A stretch of DNA of 64,000 bases. Origin: Octopus sinensis. Taxonomy: Eukaryota. Positions 61,230 to 64,000 of the stretch are shown here, piece by piece. Numbering within the stretch: the first letter of the stretch is position 1; the number at the start of each line of letters is the position of its first letter. The notes below the pieces were generated by a model, which worked only from the letters and a program-made list of their open reading frames with translations, ran no database searches and was not told where the DNA came from. Location of the stretch: NCBI RefSeq assembly GCF_006345805.1, contig NC_043022.1, positions 2,418,001 to 2,482,000 of the forward strand. Direction: 5' to 3'. Made by a program: the position numbers and the translations under genes.

Positions 61230-62281
61230 ATATATTATTATTGTAATAGTTGGTGTTAGGAAGGGCATCCAGCTGTAAGAACCCTGCCAAAACAGGCACA
61301 GTAGCCCCGGGTAGTTTTCTATCTGTCCAGCTCTTGTCAACTGTCCAACCCATGCATGTGTGGAAGGTGGACATTAAACAATGATGATGATAATGATAAG
61401 AAGACAGCTGGCAGAATCATTAGCACACAAGGCAAAATGCTTAGTGGCATTTCGTCTGTCTCCACATTTTTAGTTCAAATTCTACCAAGGTAAACTATGG
61501 CTTTCATCATTTTGGGGTCAATTATTTAATCAACTAGCCCTCTCCCCCAAAATTCCTGGCCTTGCCCCTATATTAGAAAGAATTATTATTATTATTCTGG
61601 CAGTGGATTCGCAGAATTGTTAGAACATCAGGCAAAATACCTTGTGGTATTTAGTTACAGCACTTTACATTCTGAGTTCAAATCCTGCCATGGTTAACTT
61701 TGCTCTTCGCCTTTTCAAAGTACAGAGATTGTTGTAATTGGCTAACTTTCTCATCAAAATAGCTGTAATTGTGTCTAAATTAGAAACACTCATTATTGTT
61801 ATTAGCCCATGGGGCTAATGAAGTATAGATGAATACCATTTCAGCAAAATCATCTGGGCATCGCAGACTAGAAACCTTGCAGTAATAACTGCATCTCTTA
61901 ACCTCCCAAGATTAACCACATCATCATTGTTGTGGTCAAATGTCCTTTTTCTGTGATGACACAGGTTGTACTGTTTGACAGGAGCTGGTATGGCTGGGGT
62001 TCACACCACGGTCCATTGTCTGGCATGGTTTCTACAGCTGGATGCCCTTCCTAATGCCACCCATTTTACTAAGCGTACTGGGTGCTTTTTATGTGATACC
62101 AGCACCGAACCAGAAAATTCTTTATAGTTTCAATCCTTCTTTGGGGAAGAAATCATTATTTTGTAAGAAGTAAAAACTGAAATTATTATTTTGTAATAAA
62201 AAGAAAAACCATTTGTAGAATTCTACTCCTGTTTATAGAATTGTTTTATTCATTTATTTATTTTCTTTTTTTCTTTTCCAG

Positions 62282-64000
62282 AACCCATTATGTCTGAAAA
62301 CCCTGTGTTGTCCAGGAAATCGATGCTCTCTGGACTTGTCCACAACATGCCTCAGGACTTGCGTAAAGAAAGGCGGCCGGAGCAGGCATCACCATATATG
62401 TTTCCAGACATAACAGCGTACAGAGGAATTTCTGCACGGGAAATGCATGATCCAAGAGAGTTACGTGATTTCGAAGTGCAAGACTTGTCAAGGCGTCCTA
62501 TTGATTACCATGACAAAACGCAAAAAGCTTACAAAGGAGATCCTCGTGATTTTCAAAGGTCTATAGACTCTCACTTAAGGCCTGAAGAATCTCAAAGAAA
62601 AAATATGGGTCTGCCTCCTCCTGCCCATTCTCATCATCTCACTTCATCTAGCCTCCATCAGTCACAAGCAGATGAACCTATACCACTTAAGTCTCATAAA
62701 ACCATCGTCCCTCGGGTCAAATCACCCTCAATATATCATCCTGAGCCTGCACAAACAATATCACCAATCATCAGAGCTGTGCCACCCGCTTCAAATTCTC
62801 CCTACAATTCACATCTTGCTCCCATGGAGTTTCAAAACAGGAACCAAATGGGGGCCCGTATACCACCACCACCACCATTGATTAATTCCAAAATGTCCCC
62901 CAAGCTCCCTAAATCCCCTCCTGTTAGTTCACATCTCGTTCCACCTCCCACTGGATCCATCACCCACGGGACCCCTGTTAGTCATCCTGTAACGTCCACC
63001 TCGGGTGGCAATCATCCCAATAATTCAGGTATACCATCCCATCGAATTGACATCAGTCACCGGCAGCAGACTCCTCCCCAGGGATCTATAACAAGGGGAA
63101 CTCCACGGAACAGAGAACCTGGGACTGGGAGGGGTACCCCTGTTGGTCATGAAGCTAGTATAACCAGAGTTTCTCCAGTGATAGATCCCATATTGGGCCG
63201 GGGAAATATCATGTACGAGCCAGCGATTAGACGGGCAGTTGTGTATGAAAAAATAGCAGAACCTTTTTATAGCTACCAAGATTTACTCTCCCCTATTCGT
63301 ACTTCCAGGCAAACGATAATGAGTGACTTTGTTACTGCTCAACACATGCCCAGAAGGGGTGCAACTCCTTCAGACAAAGATGAACGACAATCTCCCAGAT
63401 CCCTGCCAAATGCTTCAAAGACCTATAGTTCAATTACTGAAAGCCAAAGAATGCCATCACCTGCAATACCACCATATCTTTCACAGCCATCGGGTATCAT
63501 TTATGTACCACATCAATCAGGTATGAATATTTCAGTTGCTGAGAGACTCAACCGAAATTCTCCTCTTCCATCCCAAAGTACGCCGTCTCCAAGGGATGAC
63601 AAAGGTATTTCTCCTGTACCAACTCCTTGGTCTAATAATCCAGCTAAAATTCCTCTCCTTGGCTCAGCAGCAAATGTTGCAATGGAACAATCACGTTATC
63701 CACCGTCCCCTCCTTCACGGCCCAGTATCGTTAAAGGTACTGGGTGGCAAAGACCAGACAATGGAGGGCATTTACCTGATAGTACAACAATGCCACCCAG
63801 CAAGGCAGCATCACCGAGACATGATGGGCATGTCACTATCGCCTACCCTCAATCTCTTAACACTCAGACACATGTTATTCCCCCCGAGCCACAGCATCGA
63901 GAAACCCCTATAAAAATAATCAATCCCGAGATCCCTAAAGAAAGGGACAAAGAATGGGACAGAGAATCTCAAGACCGTTTTGATGTGAAAGAGTATGATA
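62282..64000 (+). CDS. NCOR1: NCoR large exon, open to window end (PPPPPLI, GSITHGTP, GSITRGTP, RQTIMSDFVTAQHM)
   Basis: ttccAG acceptor, phase 1. I translated it by hand and found no stop through 64000, which explains its absence from the ORF track. Carries the NCoR/SMRT-type motifs GSITxGTP, PPLI and RQTIxxDxxTxQxM. Confidence 0.92.

Overview
Repeat-dense, AT-rich animal genomic DNA. The SINE/MITE/LINE families and (TA)n/(CA)n/(CAT)n microsatellites look like Octopus, which I inferred from repeat content only. The window holds the middle of one + strand gene, the NCoR/SMRT nuclear receptor corepressor. I assembled 13 GT-AG exons by hand from 34333 to the window end; they are phase-consistent and have no stops. 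They encode SANT1/DAD, SANT2 and the start of the GSITxGTP/PPLI low-complexity region. Between the two SANT domains lie two Cys4 zinc-finger-like modules that human NCOR1 does not have in that linker. No NCoR exon was recognisable in 1-34332, so this is probably one very large intron. Introns contain tRNA-derived SINEs, (GAT)n-tailed retroposons, CR1 and RTE LINE 3' fragments, a deleted mariner, piggyBac-, hAT- and Tc1-type MITEs and a non-autonomous Helitron. The most interesting non-coding signal is a set of fold-back elements, mostly in TA microsatellites. Several carry minimal type I hammerhead ribozyme motifs with palindromic stem III, typical of Penelope-like element pseudo-LTRs, and some have a CCGANGA (U4C) core. 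All folds and splice models were read by eye and none was computed.
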